Part shown: positions 7,851 to 18,443 of the stretch, piece after piece
Layout of the letters: every line of letters begins with the position of its first letter
Numbering within the stretch: position 1 is the first letter of the stretch
Assembly (NCBI GenBank): GCA_017601145.1
Contig: JAFNIV010000010.1
Coordinates: forward strand, 6,950-38,949
Source of the DNA: Candidatus Brockarchaeota archaeon
Lineage (GTDB): Archaea > Thermoproteota > EX4484-205 > JAAOZO01
Length of the DNA: 32,000 nt
Reading direction: 5' to 3'
Translations under genes and position numbers: made by a program
Notes under the pieces: generated by a model
Database searches by the model: none
What the model was told of the DNA's origin: nothing
What the model saw: the letters and a program-made list of their open reading frames with translations, nothing else

Positions 7851-8591
7851 TTGGCAATGAGTTTTATAAAAGCATACCAATTTTCAAGAAAGAGAACAAT
7901 AATTCATGCTTTAGACCCACGAGTGAAGTTGCTTGTTTCAACTGGAGTAGCTATTGTTGGAATAATAACTTTAGATCCTGTTGAAATTGCATTTCTAACA
8001 ACAATTCAACTTATAATTTTAGCGCTAAGTAAGTCTATAAAACTTTGGTTTAGGTCTCTTAAAGCATTATTATTTTTCATATTTTTAATAGCAACAAGTC
8101 AATACTTAACTACGCAAAGCTTGGCTCAAGCTATAATCTTCTCAGCTCGTTTCATCTTAATAACTTCGGCAACCTCATGGTTTTTTTATACAACTTCTCC
8201 AGAAGATTTAGGAAGAGCACTTGAACAAATTGGTGTTCCTTCTGATTTTTCTCTTGCATTCACACTTTCAATGCGCTTCATTCCAGTAATTGCAAACGAG
8301 TTTCAGGATGTATACGACGCTCAAAGAGTTAGAGGCTTAAACTTAGAAAAAGGAAACTTAATTGAAAGAACAAAGGCCTTTCTCCCTATACTTATTCCAC
8401 TGTTTGTTGAAGTTATAAGGAGAACATATGAAATTTCTGATGCCTTAGAGTTAAGAGGTTATGGGTTTAGAGAAAAAAGAAGTCATTGGAAGGAATTAAA
8501 GTTAACTACTAACGATTATATTTTTTTAGTTTTCTTCCTACTGATTATTTTAGTTATAATTTTACATAGAATTTACTATTTCTCTGTTTAG
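7851..8591 (+). CDS. ecfT: ECF transporter transmembrane component EcfT (CbiQ family)
   Basis: Polytopic membrane protein with the ARG-type coupling motifs (AQRVRG, ALELRGY). The ATG at 7857 is a likelier start than the TTG at 7851. No S-component gene is adjacent. Confidence 0.8.
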   Translation: MAMSFIKAYQFSRKRTIIHALDPRVKLLVSTGVAIVGIITLDPVEIAFLTTIQLIILALSKSIKLWFRSLKALLFFIFLIATSQYLTTQSLAQAIIFSARFILITSATSWFFYTTSPEDLGRALEQIGVPSDFSLAFTLSMRFIPVIANEFQDVYDAQRVRGLNLEKGNLIERTKAFLPILIPLFVEVIRRTYEISDALELRGYGFREKRSHWKELKLTTNDYIFLVFFLLIILVIILHRIYYFSV

Positions 8592-8658
8592 AACCTAAGA
8601 GTTTTCAATTCAATAAGATAAAAATAAATATAAAAAGCTATTTGACATAAGTTAGCTT

Positions 8659-9258
8659 ATGGAGGCTAAGGAAATAGCAAAATATCTTCTAAGAAAAATA
8701 AACGAAAACATCGAAAACAACATTCAAGAAAACCAGTTGGAAGAATTCGTAAAAATGCTCATTGAAACATACAAAAAAAAGAAAATGATAGGAGTTGTAG
8801 GAGCAGGAAGAAGTGGACTTGTTGCTAAAAGTTTTGCCATGAGGCTTATGCACTTAGGATTTAACGTTTTCGTCATAGGAGAGACGATAACACCATCTTT
8901 AAAAAGTGGAGACATTCTGTTAGCTGTTTCTGGTTCTGGTGAAACAACTTTTACGGTTAGTGCAGCTAGCGTCGCAAAGAAAATAGGAGCAAAAGTAATA
9001 TCATTAACATCTTATCCAAATTCAAGGCTTGGAGAACTATCTGACGTAAAAGTAGTTATACCTGGGAGAGTAACAAAAGCAAGTGATGACGATTACTTCT
9101 CTAGGCAACTTTTAGGAATTCATGAGCCGCTTGCACCACTTGGAACTTTGTTTGAACTCTCAGTAGGAATACTACTAGATGCCGTTGTAGTAGAACTTAT
9201 GGAAGCTTTAAACATAAAAGAAAAAGATATGATAGAAAAACATGCAACTATAGAATAA
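8659..9258 (+). CDS. SIS-domain sugar-phosphate isomerase, 6-phospho-3-hexuloisomerase (PHI)-like
   Basis: GVVGAGRSGLVAKSFAMRLMHLGF ... LLAVSGSGETT ... AKVISLTS is the typical SIS fold signature. The ~200-aa size matches stand-alone PHI. The specific substrate is not established. Confidence 0.6.
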   Translation: MEAKEIAKYLLRKINENIENNIQENQLEEFVKMLIETYKKKKMIGVVGAGRSGLVAKSFAMRLMHLGFNVFVIGETITPSLKSGDILLAVSGSGETTFTVSAASVAKKIGAKVISLTSYPNSRLGELSDVKVVIPGRVTKASDDDYFSRQLLGIHEPLAPLGTLFELSVGILLDAVVVELMEALNIKEKDMIEKHATIE

Positions 9259-9262
9259 GAGA

Positions 9263-9853
9263 TTACCTTGAAGCTTCAGCATGCTTCTCAAGTTCTTGTC
9301 TTTTTGCAATAGCATAACTTTTTGGATTGTTTTCTGAAGCATCTATTATTTCATCCGCTAATGCTTCATGAAAAGGACGAGGAGATTTAAATGAGTTATT
9401 CCTTGCACCAATTACTATATTTCTTATTGCAAGGTCAACTCTTCTCGTAGGTGAGATATCTACTGACTGATAATAAAGAATTCCACCATATGAAATTCTT
9501 GTTGTATCTTCCCTTGGAGCGGCATTTTCAATTGCTTTTATAAAAACTAAAATTGGATTTTTTCCAGTCTTATGATTAATTAACTCGAATGCAGCTTTTA
9601 CAGCATTGATTGCCTTGTACTTTTTGCCTCCAGCCTTTGGAGTTAGCGCAATATGGTTAATTAACCTTTCAATTACATTTACTTTATTTTTAGCAAATTT
9701 CCAATGTTCATGCCTTCCTGCAGAATGAGGGACAAATATTGGCTTTATTGAAATTGCAGCTTGTAGACTTTTTGAATAAACTTCTACATTGTCAAAAGTA
9801 TACTTATCGAATAGTTTAATCTTTGTTTCTTCTGCCGTTGACATCGATCTCAC
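9263..9853 (-). CDS. rps7: Ribosomal protein S7 (uS7)
   Basis: [14 protein letters not shown] ... [10 protein letters not shown] ... AVKAAFELI ... [12 protein letters not shown]. The ATG at 9844 (MSTAEE...) is a likelier start than the GTG at 9853. Confidence 0.9.
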   Translation of the reverse strand: MRSMSTAEETKIKLFDKYTFDNVEVYSKSLQAAISIKPIFVPHSAGRHEHWKFAKNKVNVIERLINHIALTPKAGGKKYKAINAVKAAFELINHKTGKNPILVFIKAIENAAPREDTTRISYGGILYYQSVDISPTRRVDLAIRNIVIGARNNSFKSPRPFHEALADEIIDASENNPKSYAIAKRQELEKHAEASR

Positions 9854-10287
9854 TTCCTTGGTTTCTGTTTTTTACCAGTTAACAACGCATCTAAAGAAAT
9901 ACCATTTACTGCTATCACCTTGTATCTAACTCCAGGCAGATCCCCCATAGACCTTCCCCCGGAGCCCCCTATTCCAGCTATAAGTACTTCATCTCTTTCA
10001 TCTATGAAGTTTAGAGCACCGTCCTTGGGTACGAAGGCGGTAACTTCCTTATTGTTCTTTATAAGCTGAACTCTTACACACTTTCTAACGGCACTGTTTG
10101 GTTGCTTACTTTCGATACCTACCTTCTCTAGTACGATACCCCTTGCCATTGGAGCTCCTTCTAGAGGATCATACTTTTTCTTTAGCTTTAAGACTCTACG
10201 AGTATAATATTTATCACTCCATAAGAATTTCTTTCTATTTAATTTTAGTTTTCTTGCTGCGAATTCTCCTAAAGCACCCTTTGACAT
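9850..10287 (-). CDS. rps12: Ribosomal protein S12 (uS12)
   Basis: [48 protein letters not shown] ... [10 protein letters not shown]. Confidence 0.95.
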   Translation of the reverse strand: MSKGALGEFAARKLKLNRKKFLWSDKYYTRRVLKLKKKYDPLEGAPMARGIVLEKVGIESKQPNSAVRKCVRVQLIKNNKEVTAFVPKDGALNFIDERDEVLIAGIGGSGGRSMGDLPGVRYKVIAVNGISLDALLTGKKQKPRK

Positions 10288-10426
10288 CGCAGGAATACCA
10301 GATACAGGATACTTATTAACTTTTGCTTAACTAAAGTATCTTTTGATTTTTATGCTAACATTTTAAAAAACAAACTTATACAACAACCACAAAGTTAGAC
10401 TTCTTCAGGTTTTCTTTCAGAAATTG

Positions 10427-10861
10427 TTAAACGACCCTAACAAGGTCTAAAGAAAAATACTTCTTTGCTAAAAATGAAGCTCTTCTAACGTTTATCCCAG
10501 CTAGACCTATTGCCTTTCCCTTTTCAGACTCATCAACTTTTACAAAAGCAATTTTTCTACCGTCTGTTTGAGGTTCTAAAAGAACTTTCAATACCTTAAC
10601 TTTTGGAAAAAGTCCCGCTATAAATTCTTCGGCAGTCTCAGAATAAGGATAAACTAATATTTTCTTTTTTAAAAATTTTGATAGTTTCAGCAGTGGCTTT
10701 GTTGGATTTATTTTAACTATTATAAGGTCTTCTTTTGGAACCAAGAAAATTAATTCATCGTTGTACTCAGTACAGTCAAGCGCCCTAGCACTGGTGAGCT
10801 TTTCAAAAAGCATTAAGTATTGCAGTGTTTCTGTAGACAGTTTTATTTTAGGCTGAGTCAT
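10427..10861 (-). CDS. nusA: Archaeal NusA-like transcription termination/antitermination factor (two KH domains)
   Basis: 144 aa with the KH GXXG motif GKAIGLAGINV. It lies in the conserved position between rpl30e and rps12. Confidence 0.8.
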   Translation of the reverse strand: MTQPKIKLSTETLQYLMLFEKLTSARALDCTEYNDELIFLVPKEDLIIVKINPTKPLLKLSKFLKKKILVYPYSETAEEFIAGLFPKVKVLKVLLEPQTDGRKIAFVKVDESEKGKAIGLAGINVRRASFLAKKYFSLDLVRVV

Positions 10862-11151
10862 TTCTTTATCAGAGCTTCTAAGTTGGACTGACCAAAATCT
10901 TCAAAAGCTAGCGTTGAAACTGGAAATGGTTTTTCACATAGCCTACCAATTTCAAGTGGTCCTATTTCTAATAAAATAAGAGGAGTTTTAGCTTGTTTTG
11001 CTAGCTGTGTGAGTTCAGTTATATTTTCATTACTAAAAGACTTGCTACAGAATATTGCCTTTAGCTTACCTTTAAGTAGTTGCCTCTTAACGCTCTTGAA
11101 GCCAAAAATAGGCTTTCCTGTTTTTACTGCCACTTTTATTGCAGATTCCAA
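10858..11151 (-). CDS. rpl30e: Ribosomal protein L30e (eL30)
   Basis: 97 aa, AVKTGKPIFGFKSVKRQLLKGKLKAIFCS. It lies in the conserved position after rpoA. Confidence 0.85.
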   Translation of the reverse strand: MESAIKVAVKTGKPIFGFKSVKRQLLKGKLKAIFCSKSFSNENITELTQLAKQAKTPLILLEIGPLEIGRLCEKPFPVSTLAFEDFGQSNLEALIKK

Positions 11152-11207
11152 GATTGATTTCCACTTCCTTTCAAATTAGTATAAACTATTAAACATTTTC
11201 CTTTAGC

Positions 11208-14200
11208 TTAGCTACTAGGTAAGTCAACAAATATGTCGATTACTCCAGTACCAGCCTTTATTTCTTCTCCTGCAAGCACTCTTTCTGTCATTCCTTTCAT
11301 ATAGTCAGTTTCGCCCATTATCGCACCATCAACTAGTGTAGGAACTGTCCTTTCAAAAGCAGCTTTTGCTAAGATGCTAACTTTCTCACCTGACAAACCA
11401 TGTCTTCCAATTTGTCTCAATCTTCCATTTGCAGTCATTGCAGAAGCAACTAGTGATATATGCCTTATATCAACATCTAAACCTTGCTCTTCAAGAGTAC
11501 TCTTTATTTCTCTTATTAGAGCTGTTCTTGCCGCTTCTATTCCTAGAACTTCTTGTATTTCCATAATGTTGTTAGTGTACACTCTTGATGGATCTACTTC
11601 AGGAAGCTTAGTCACCTCCATCAAGTTTGAGCCTTCAGTCTTAATTATCCATTCATCACCCTCTTTTTCAACTGAGGCCCTTGTTATTGACGGAACTCCA
11701 GAAATTGGAATTAGTTTTAGTTTCTCAACAGAAGCAGAAAAGTCTAAGTTAGTTGCTTCTCTTTCTTCTTTTAGTTTAACCAAAATTACGTTACTTCTTT
11801 TCTTTGAAAACTTTGGATTCTTAAATCCGGCCAAACTTAGTGCCTTAACAATATCGCTTCTTTTTAACCCAGCTTCTTGTAACGCTTCATCAGAAAGCAC
11901 TATTAGTGCTAGATTTCTAAGATGAAGTACTCTTATTTCTGTTGATACAAACTCTAGAGTTTTATAAACCAGTTTTCTTGCAACTTTTAAAGCTTCTTCT
12001 CTAGACTTTGAGTATTCTGGCTTCAAATAAATCTTCATTATAGGAGTTTTTGGAGTCCTATGAACGTCAAGGAGTTCTATTAGCCTAGGTAATCCTAGAG
12101 TTACGTTTGCTTCCCTAACACCAGCGTAGTGGAAGGTTCTGAGAGTCATTTGAGTTCCAGGTTCTCCTATCGATTGAGCAGCAACTATACCAACACTTTC
12201 TCCAGGATCAGCTATTGTTTCTTCGTATTTCTTAACTATTTCTCTTATAACTTTTTCAATATCTTCTTCAGCTATACCATATGTCTTTATTTCATTCTTT
12301 AGTTTATTAACTAAGATCTTAGGCAACATCCTCGAATATTTACTTAATATAGAGTCCAACTTTTCATCAGAAACTTCAGTTTTAGTTTTTAAGTTTAGAG
12401 ACTCAACTATTATATTAAAGTAAACTTCAAGTGGAAAGACCCCATGAAAAGTTTTTGATGGATCTATTCCATCGTCACCATACTTAAACTCAACTATATT
12501 ACCATATGGATCTCTTACTGTTCCATCATACTCTACTTTTAATGTTTCTAAGGCATGTATTAATCTCCTTTGTAGATAACCACTTTGCTGAGTTCTAACT
12601 GCAGTATCAACGAGAGATTCTCTACCACCCATTGCATGATAGAAGAATTCTGTTGGAGTCAAACCAACTAAGTAACTTGATCTAATAAAGCCTCTTGCTG
12701 TTGCTCCAAGGTCACCTCTCCTGAAGTGAGGTAATGGTCGACCAATATAACCTCTCGAAATTCTCTTTCCATGAAGAGATTGAGGACCAAGAGATGCGCA
12801 TATATGACCTAAATTTAAGTCTGAGCCTCTGGCTCCCGTTCTCGTCATGATAACTGCGTTGTTATTCATTCCAAGAGAGTTACTTGCAATTTCTCCTGTT
12901 CTAGTTCTTATTTCAGAAAGCTTATCCATTATGTAAGCTTCTAAGGAATCTTCTTCACTTTTTCCAGGTATCCTTTCGAGTTTTCTACTTCTAAAATCTT
13001 CTATAATTTTGTTAACCTCTGGTTCTGCAGTATTAAGTAGATCGTCTATTTCTTTCTTTGACTCTTCTGGTAGAAAGAGCTCGCTGTAAAGCATAGTGAA
13101 CCCGCGAAGTTGTAAGAATTTTATAACCATCCTAGAAAGAGACCTTAAAAAGTTGTGCGCAACTTCATTACCATACCTTAAAATTAGTTCGTGCAGTATA
13201 GTTCCAGCTTTCTCAGAGCCTATTGTTGCTTGATCTATTACTCCTTTTTCAAGAATACCATTTTTTACAACTACAAACCCTTCATTTGGGCAGTTATTTT
13301 CGTCACACTCTTTGCAGTTTGCGCACACTTTTGCCTTTCCTCTATATACGAAATCCTTTGGTAAAAGCAAGCTGAATGCCTGCTTTCCACTCCAAAGAGG
13401 TTCGGGCTCCTTTACAGCTGGTTCTGGAGGATCTTCATAAATTCCTGCTGCTGCCATGAGAAGTAGAAAATCTTTTTTCGTAAGATATGTATCCTTTCTT
13501 GTCATAAGGTATGCACCAGTTATTAGATCTCTGAGAGCTCCTATTATTGGAGCACCATACCTTGGAGTTATGAAGTTCTTATTAACCTCTAAAAGCTCCT
13601 TAGTTTCAGCTACTGCTTCTGTATTCTGGGGAACATGAAGGTTCATTTCATCTCCATCAAAATCTGCGTTGTATGGAGGACAAACTGAAGGATGAAGGCG
13701 CATTGTTCTCCCAGGGAGAACCTTAACTCTATGACCCATCATCGAGATCCTATGAAGAGAAGGTTGCCTATTGAAAATTACATAGTCACCATCCATCAAA
13801 TGGCGTTCTACAATGTAACCTTCAGAAATACTATTCGCAAACGCATTTAAGTCTTTTACAAAGTCTAATTTTATTCTAGCACCATCTGGCCTAATTACAT
13901 AAAGTGCACCAGGATACTTGTTAGGGCCATTCCTTATGAGACTGGCAAGCCTTTCTCTATTGAACGTGTTTACTCTTTCTGGAACTGAAAGAGCTTTTGC
14001 AATAGCTTCTGGAACACCAACCTCATCAACATCTAAGAAAGGATCTGGTGAAATAACAGTTCTAGCTGAAAAATCAACTCGTTTTCCTGAAAGATTCTTC
14101 CTGAAGCGACCTTCCTTTCCCTTTAACCTTTGAGTTAGTGTCTTTAGCACTTTACCAGTTCTGTGTCTTGAAGGAGGAATTCCACTTGCTTCATTATCTA

Positions 14201-15050
14201 GGTAGGTTGTAATATGGTACTGTAATAAGTTTTCGAATTCGCCAAGAATTACTGGATTTGCACCATTCTCTTTCCCCTCTTTCAACTTTTTAGCAGCCCT
14301 TATAATATCAACTAGCTTATGGGTTAAGTCATCTTCGGAGCGTTCACCGCTTTCTAAGACTATTGACGGTCTAACTTGAACTGGTGGAACTGGAAGAACC
14401 TCAAGGATCATCCATTCGGGCCTACTCGTTTCCGGATTAATTCCAAGAAGTTTTAAGTCTTCATTCGGAATTCTCTCAAACCTTTCTCTTATGGCAGAGG
14501 GGTTTATTCTACTTGTTGTTTTCTCTGGAGCTATTTCATAAAATTCTGTTGGCTTTGACCATTTTATAACATATTGAGAAGCACCACAGTGCGGGCAATT
14601 GCTCATCCTCTTTGCTTCTCTTATTATTTGAGAGTACAACCTTTCTGGAACAAAACCAAACTTTTCCTTATATTCTTCAATTTGTTTTTTGTACTCTTCG
14701 ATTCTATCCTGCGAAAGCAACAACCTACCACAAGAACGACAAGTGATTTGAAGAAGAGTATATATCTGTTTTGTGAATAAGTAGTTTACCATTGGCATTG
14801 GAAGTTCGATGTGCCCAAAGTGGCCTGGACACTTGGATGGAGGACTCCCACAAGTTTGACATCTTTGATTTGGTTCTATTGTTCCTAGCCTTAGATCCAT
14901 TACTCCGCCAGTAATTGGGGTTCCATCCTCATCGTATACTTCGTCAGTAAATATTTCTGCTGCAGAGTACCTTCTTATGAAGGTAGGATTAAGAATACCA
15001 AAGATTATAGAATCTATTGATTTTGCTTCGAGTTCAGAAGTTGAGCTCAT
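11208..15050 (-). CDS. rpoA: DNA-directed RNA polymerase subunit A, unsplit (A' and A'' regions in one 1280-aa ORF)
   Basis: N-terminal Zn motifs (CQTCGS...CPGHFGHIEL) and the catalytic NADFDGDEMNLH are A'-type. The trigger-loop/A''-type region AAQSIGEPGTQMTLRTFHYAGV follows in the same uninterrupted frame. Confidence 0.95.
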   Translation of the reverse strand: MSSTSELEAKSIDSIIFGILNPTFIRRYSAAEIFTDEVYDEDGTPITGGVMDLRLGTIEPNQRCQTCGSPPSKCPGHFGHIELPMPMVNYLFTKQIYTLLQITCRSCGRLLLSQDRIEEYKKQIEEYKEKFGFVPERLYSQIIREAKRMSNCPHCGASQYVIKWSKPTEFYEIAPEKTTSRINPSAIRERFERIPNEDLKLLGINPETSRPEWMILEVLPVPPVQVRPSIVLESGERSEDDLTHKLVDIIRAAKKLKEGKENGANPVILGEFENLLQYHITTYLDNEASGIPPSRHRTGKVLKTLTQRLKGKEGRFRKNLSGKRVDFSARTVISPDPFLDVDEVGVPEAIAKALSVPERVNTFNRERLASLIRNGPNKYPGALYVIRPDGARIKLDFVKDLNAFANSISEGYIVERHLMDGDYVIFNRQPSLHRISMMGHRVKVLPGRTMRLHPSVCPPYNADFDGDEMNLHVPQNTEAVAETKELLEVNKNFITPRYGAPIIGALRDLITGAYLMTRKDTYLTKKDFLLLMAAAGIYEDPPEPAVKEPEPLWSGKQAFSLLLPKDFVYRGKAKVCANCKECDENNCPNEGFVVVKNGILEKGVIDQATIGSEKAGTILHELILRYGNEVAHNFLRSLSRMVIKFLQLRGFTMLYSELFLPEESKKEIDDLLNTAEPEVNKIIEDFRSRKLERIPGKSEEDSLEAYIMDKLSEIRTRTGEIASNSLGMNNNAVIMTRTGARGSDLNLGHICASLGPQSLHGKRISRGYIGRPLPHFRRGDLGATARGFIRSSYLVGLTPTEFFYHAMGGRESLVDTAVRTQQSGYLQRRLIHALETLKVEYDGTVRDPYGNIVEFKYGDDGIDPSKTFHGVFPLEVYFNIIVESLNLKTKTEVSDEKLDSILSKYSRMLPKILVNKLKNEIKTYGIAEEDIEKVIREIVKKYEETIADPGESVGIVAAQSIGEPGTQMTLRTFHYAGVREANVTLGLPRLIELLDVHRTPKTPIMKIYLKPEYSKSREEALKVARKLVYKTLEFVSTEIRVLHLRNLALIVLSDEALQEAGLKRSDIVKALSLAGFKNPKFSKKRSNVILVKLKEEREATNLDFSASVEKLKLIPISGVPSITRASVEKEGDEWIIKTEGSNLMEVTKLPEVDPSRVYTNNIMEIQEVLGIEAARTALIREIKSTLEEQGLDVDIRHISLVASAMTANGRLRQIGRHGLSGEKVSILAKAAFERTVPTLVDGAIMGETDYMKGMTERVLAGEEIKAGTGVIDIFVDLPSS

Positions 15051-15053
15051 TTT

Positions 15054-18000
15054 TTACACCCTTTCTTTAAGCTTTATCTTTGGAAATATTCCTAAACTCA
15101 TTATTTCTTGAAGCAAGAGCTTAAAAGCATAAGAAACAGTTATTGCACTTATTTTTGCACTTTTTCCACATACTCTGCAAACATACTTTCTTTGCTTAGC
15201 ATCATAGTAAGCTAAAGAACCGCAATTGTCGCAAATATACACTGTTGTTTTATCAGATTCTTCTAGAAGCCTATCTTGAAGCAGCCTTGCAGCACCATGA
15301 CCTACTAAACAGTCACGTTCCATTTCTCCAAACCTTAATCCACCACCTCTTGCTCTTCCTTCAGTTGGTTGGTGTGTTAGCAGAGTAACTTGGCCTCTTG
15401 CTCTAGCATGTATCTTGTCTTTAACCATGTGATGTAACCTTTGGTAATAAACTATACCAACAAACACCTTAGTATGCAGTAGCTCACCAGTTTGTCCATT
15501 TATCATTACAAAATCACCGTAAGGATGAAAACCATGAGACTTTAGAATTTCATAGACTTGCTCAGGATCTTCGTGATCAAAAGAGTCACCGAACATTTGT
15601 CTTCCTTTTAAAGCACCAGCAATTCCAAAAAGAGATTCCAAAAAGTGAGCTACGGTCATCCTTGATGGAATTGCATGTGGATTAATTAAAGCATCAGGTA
15701 CTAAACCATCTTCTGTAAAAGGCATGTCTTCTTGCGGAACTATCATTCCAACGACTCCTTTTTGACCTGCTCTTGTTGCAAACTTGTCCCCTAGCTCAGG
15801 AATTCTTGTATCTCTTATTCTTACTTTTATGATTTTATTTTGTTCTTTGTCTTCTGTTAAGAGTATCTTGTCAACATAGCCACTATGAGAACTCTTAACT
15901 GCAATCGAAGTGTCTCTCCTGTATGAAGGTTGTCCCCAGACCTCTATTCTTTCTTCTAGAAATCTTGGAGGACTAGTTCTCCCAATGATTATATCGTTTC
16001 CAGTAACATAAGTTTCAGGAGAAACGATTCCATCTTCATCTAACTTTATGTAAGCTTCTTCACCCTTATAGCCTCTAACGTCGCTTTCAGGTTTTTGAAT
16101 TCTATCTTTTTCTCCAACAGGATAGAGCTTTGCTTCTGCTTCATATACGAAGTAAGTTGTGGACCTACCAAGGCCTCTTTCAACTGAAGCCTTGTTTAAA
16201 ACTAGAGCATCTTCCATGTTGTATGGATGGGAGAGAACTGCAACAATAAAGTTTTGTCCTATTGGGTTCTTACTTAGCCCAATTATTTCAGAAGTGGTTG
16301 TTGTAGTTATCGGAATTTGAGGATAAAGTAAGTAGTGTGAAGTTGTAGAAAAGTTCAATGGCAAAGAAGAAGTAGGATATCCAAGAGCTTGTTTTGCCAT
16401 AGCTCCTTCATATGTGTTTCTTGGAGATTGATTATGCTCAGCAAATGGAATTGATGAGCTTATTGCACCGAATATTGCTAAGGGTGAAATTTCAAGATGG
16501 GTTGTATGTAGACCAATATCGTCAAGATTAATTGCAATTAGAGCATTTTCTTCTTCTTCAGCATCTAAGTATTCTATAACACCCAAAGCTACGAGGTCAT
16601 CTATTGTAAGTTCTCCAGACTTAAGTTTCTCTATATGTTCTGGTTTAAGTTTCAATTGACCCTCTTCTACAATAAGTAGTGGCCTTCTTACTCTTCCAGC
16701 ATCAGTATTTATCACAACTTCTGTTTTTCTTTCCTTTTCTTTGCTTTTCTTTCTTGAAGTACCACCATAATTGTGTCTATAAAAACCAAAGTTTACTTGA
16801 TCAGAAATTTTGCCTCTCCTTCTTAAGCGAATAAGCTCCTTAAATATAGAGCGTCCTTCTTGGTGATATCCAACTAAGGTACCATTGACATAAATTTCAG
16901 CCCAACTCTTTGTAATTTCTTCGTTTGCTTTCTCTACTGGAATCATTCCTAGAGAATTTAAAATTCTTACAATTTCTTCTGGATTAGAAGTTGTAGAAAC
17001 TTGACAAAGTAAGCTTAGGTTCTTGACTAGCCCACAGTTACTACCTTCAGGAGATTCAGCAGGGTCGATTCGCCCCCACTGTGTAGGATGAAGGTCTCTA
17101 GCTTCAAAGTTCGATTGACTTCTGCTTAAAGTTGATTGAAGTCTTCTAAGGTGACTAACAGTTGAAAGATAGTTTGTTCTATCTAAGAGCTGAGAGACCC
17201 CAACCAAACGTCTACTCCAATTACCAGTGGCAATTGCATGATTGAGCAAATCTGTTATGAGTCTCGTGCTAACTAGGTTTCCAATGTGACGAGGGGTAGC
17301 TCGTTTTATATCAGCTCTTTGAAGCTGATGTTTTAGATCTCTAACCATCCTCCTAAATCCTTGCCTAAAAAGCTCAGCAATCAGCGGTCCTGCAAACCTT
17401 AGCCTTTTATTCTTGTAATGATCTTTGTCATCGGGTTTTCTCCATCCTAGCTTAACAGCTATTGCTCTTTCTGCCATCTTGCCAATGAAGTATGCTTTCT
17501 TAATCCTATCAGCCGGTTCTCTACCAATATGAGGCAACAGAACTTTATCAATTAAGTATTCAGCTCTTCTTATCCTAACTTCTTTCGGCTGACCATATGC
17601 TGCTCTTCCACCAATATAATCTAAGGCGGATTCTGTATCAAGAAAAGAAGAAGCCTCATCAAAAGATTTCATAAGATTCTCTTGGACTTCTATATATGAT
17701 GAAGTGATGTAAGCAATATCTTTATCTGTAGAAACACCTAATGCACGCATTAAAATTACATAAGGGATATCTTCGCCTATTCCAGGGAACCTAACTCTTA
17801 TTAGCTGCTTTTGAGAATCAAACCTAACTTCAACTTTTGTTCTGTAGCCAACTGTGGCTGAAAAAGTTCTAGAGATATATATTACTGAGCTTCCAACCTT
17901 TTTTCTTTCTGTAAATATTCTATTGGTAGCAAAATCTTCGACACCAACTATTACTCTTTCCGAACCATTTATTATGAAGTATCCTCCAGGATCTCTTGGA

Positions 18001-18443
18001 TCTTCACCAAATTTTATTAGTTCTTCTGGGGAAAGATTACTTAGTCTACACGCTGAAGACTTAACCATTATAGGGAAGTCCCCTATCTTTATAGTTCCTT
18101 CCTGCATTAACTTTTCATTTTTATACTCAGAAAACTTTAGATTAATTGGTGCAGAGTAAGTAAGATTTCTTAGCCTTGCATCTATAGGATAAACGGAAGT
18201 TTGAGCTCCAGAAGCTTCTATAACTGAAGGTTGCTCCAAGGAAACCCCAGAAAAGACAACCCTATGCTTTAAGTCTGGTAAAGTTATGTTTATTTCTCCA
18301 ACTTCTTGAACAATCTTGTTTAAGTCTGAAGTTAGAAGTTCGTTGTAGGAGTCTATATGGTGTTGAGCTATTCCTGCATTTCTTACAAGTAATTCATAAA
18401 GATACTTGAGGTCTTCAGGCTTAACAGAATATGCTTCCATCAC
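15054..18443 (-). CDS. rpoB: DNA-directed RNA polymerase subunit B (unsplit)
   Basis: 1129 aa with GDKFATRAGQKGV, GGLRFGEMERDCL and the C-terminal Zn ribbon CDNCGS...CRVCG. Confidence 0.95.
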   Translation of the reverse strand: MMEAYSVKPEDLKYLYELLVRNAGIAQHHIDSYNELLTSDLNKIVQEVGEINITLPDLKHRVVFSGVSLEQPSVIEASGAQTSVYPIDARLRNLTYSAPINLKFSEYKNEKLMQEGTIKIGDFPIMVKSSACRLSNLSPEELIKFGEDPRDPGGYFIINGSERVIVGVEDFATNRIFTERKKVGSSVIYISRTFSATVGYRTKVEVRFDSQKQLIRVRFPGIGEDIPYVILMRALGVSTDKDIAYITSSYIEVQENLMKSFDEASSFLDTESALDYIGGRAAYGQPKEVRIRRAEYLIDKVLLPHIGREPADRIKKAYFIGKMAERAIAVKLGWRKPDDKDHYKNKRLRFAGPLIAELFRQGFRRMVRDLKHQLQRADIKRATPRHIGNLVSTRLITDLLNHAIATGNWSRRLVGVSQLLDRTNYLSTVSHLRRLQSTLSRSQSNFEARDLHPTQWGRIDPAESPEGSNCGLVKNLSLLCQVSTTSNPEEIVRILNSLGMIPVEKANEEITKSWAEIYVNGTLVGYHQEGRSIFKELIRLRRRGKISDQVNFGFYRHNYGGTSRKKSKEKERKTEVVINTDAGRVRRPLLIVEEGQLKLKPEHIEKLKSGELTIDDLVALGVIEYLDAEEEENALIAINLDDIGLHTTHLEISPLAIFGAISSSIPFAEHNQSPRNTYEGAMAKQALGYPTSSLPLNFSTTSHYLLYPQIPITTTTTSEIIGLSKNPIGQNFIVAVLSHPYNMEDALVLNKASVERGLGRSTTYFVYEAEAKLYPVGEKDRIQKPESDVRGYKGEEAYIKLDEDGIVSPETYVTGNDIIIGRTSPPRFLEERIEVWGQPSYRRDTSIAVKSSHSGYVDKILLTEDKEQNKIIKVRIRDTRIPELGDKFATRAGQKGVVGMIVPQEDMPFTEDGLVPDALINPHAIPSRMTVAHFLESLFGIAGALKGRQMFGDSFDHEDPEQVYEILKSHGFHPYGDFVMINGQTGELLHTKVFVGIVYYQRLHHMVKDKIHARARGQVTLLTHQPTEGRARGGGLRFGEMERDCLVGHGAARLLQDRLLEESDKTTVYICDNCGSLAYYDAKQRKYVCRVCGKSAKISAITVSYAFKLLLQEIMSLGIFPKIKLKERV

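Noticed and set aside
11374-11925. 183-aa plus-strand ORF inside rpoA. Similar shadow ORFs: 13456-13638, 13918-14133, 14574-14780, 17854-18159, 3946-4350, 4755-5003, 25608-26045, 18784-19383, 1348-1596, 2381-2584, 2476-2748 and others.
   Set aside because: All lie antisense to, or overlap, strongly supported conserved genes. They have low-complexity S/L/F/I-rich translations typical of the reverse frames of K/E-rich coding sequence, and I recognise no motifs in them.
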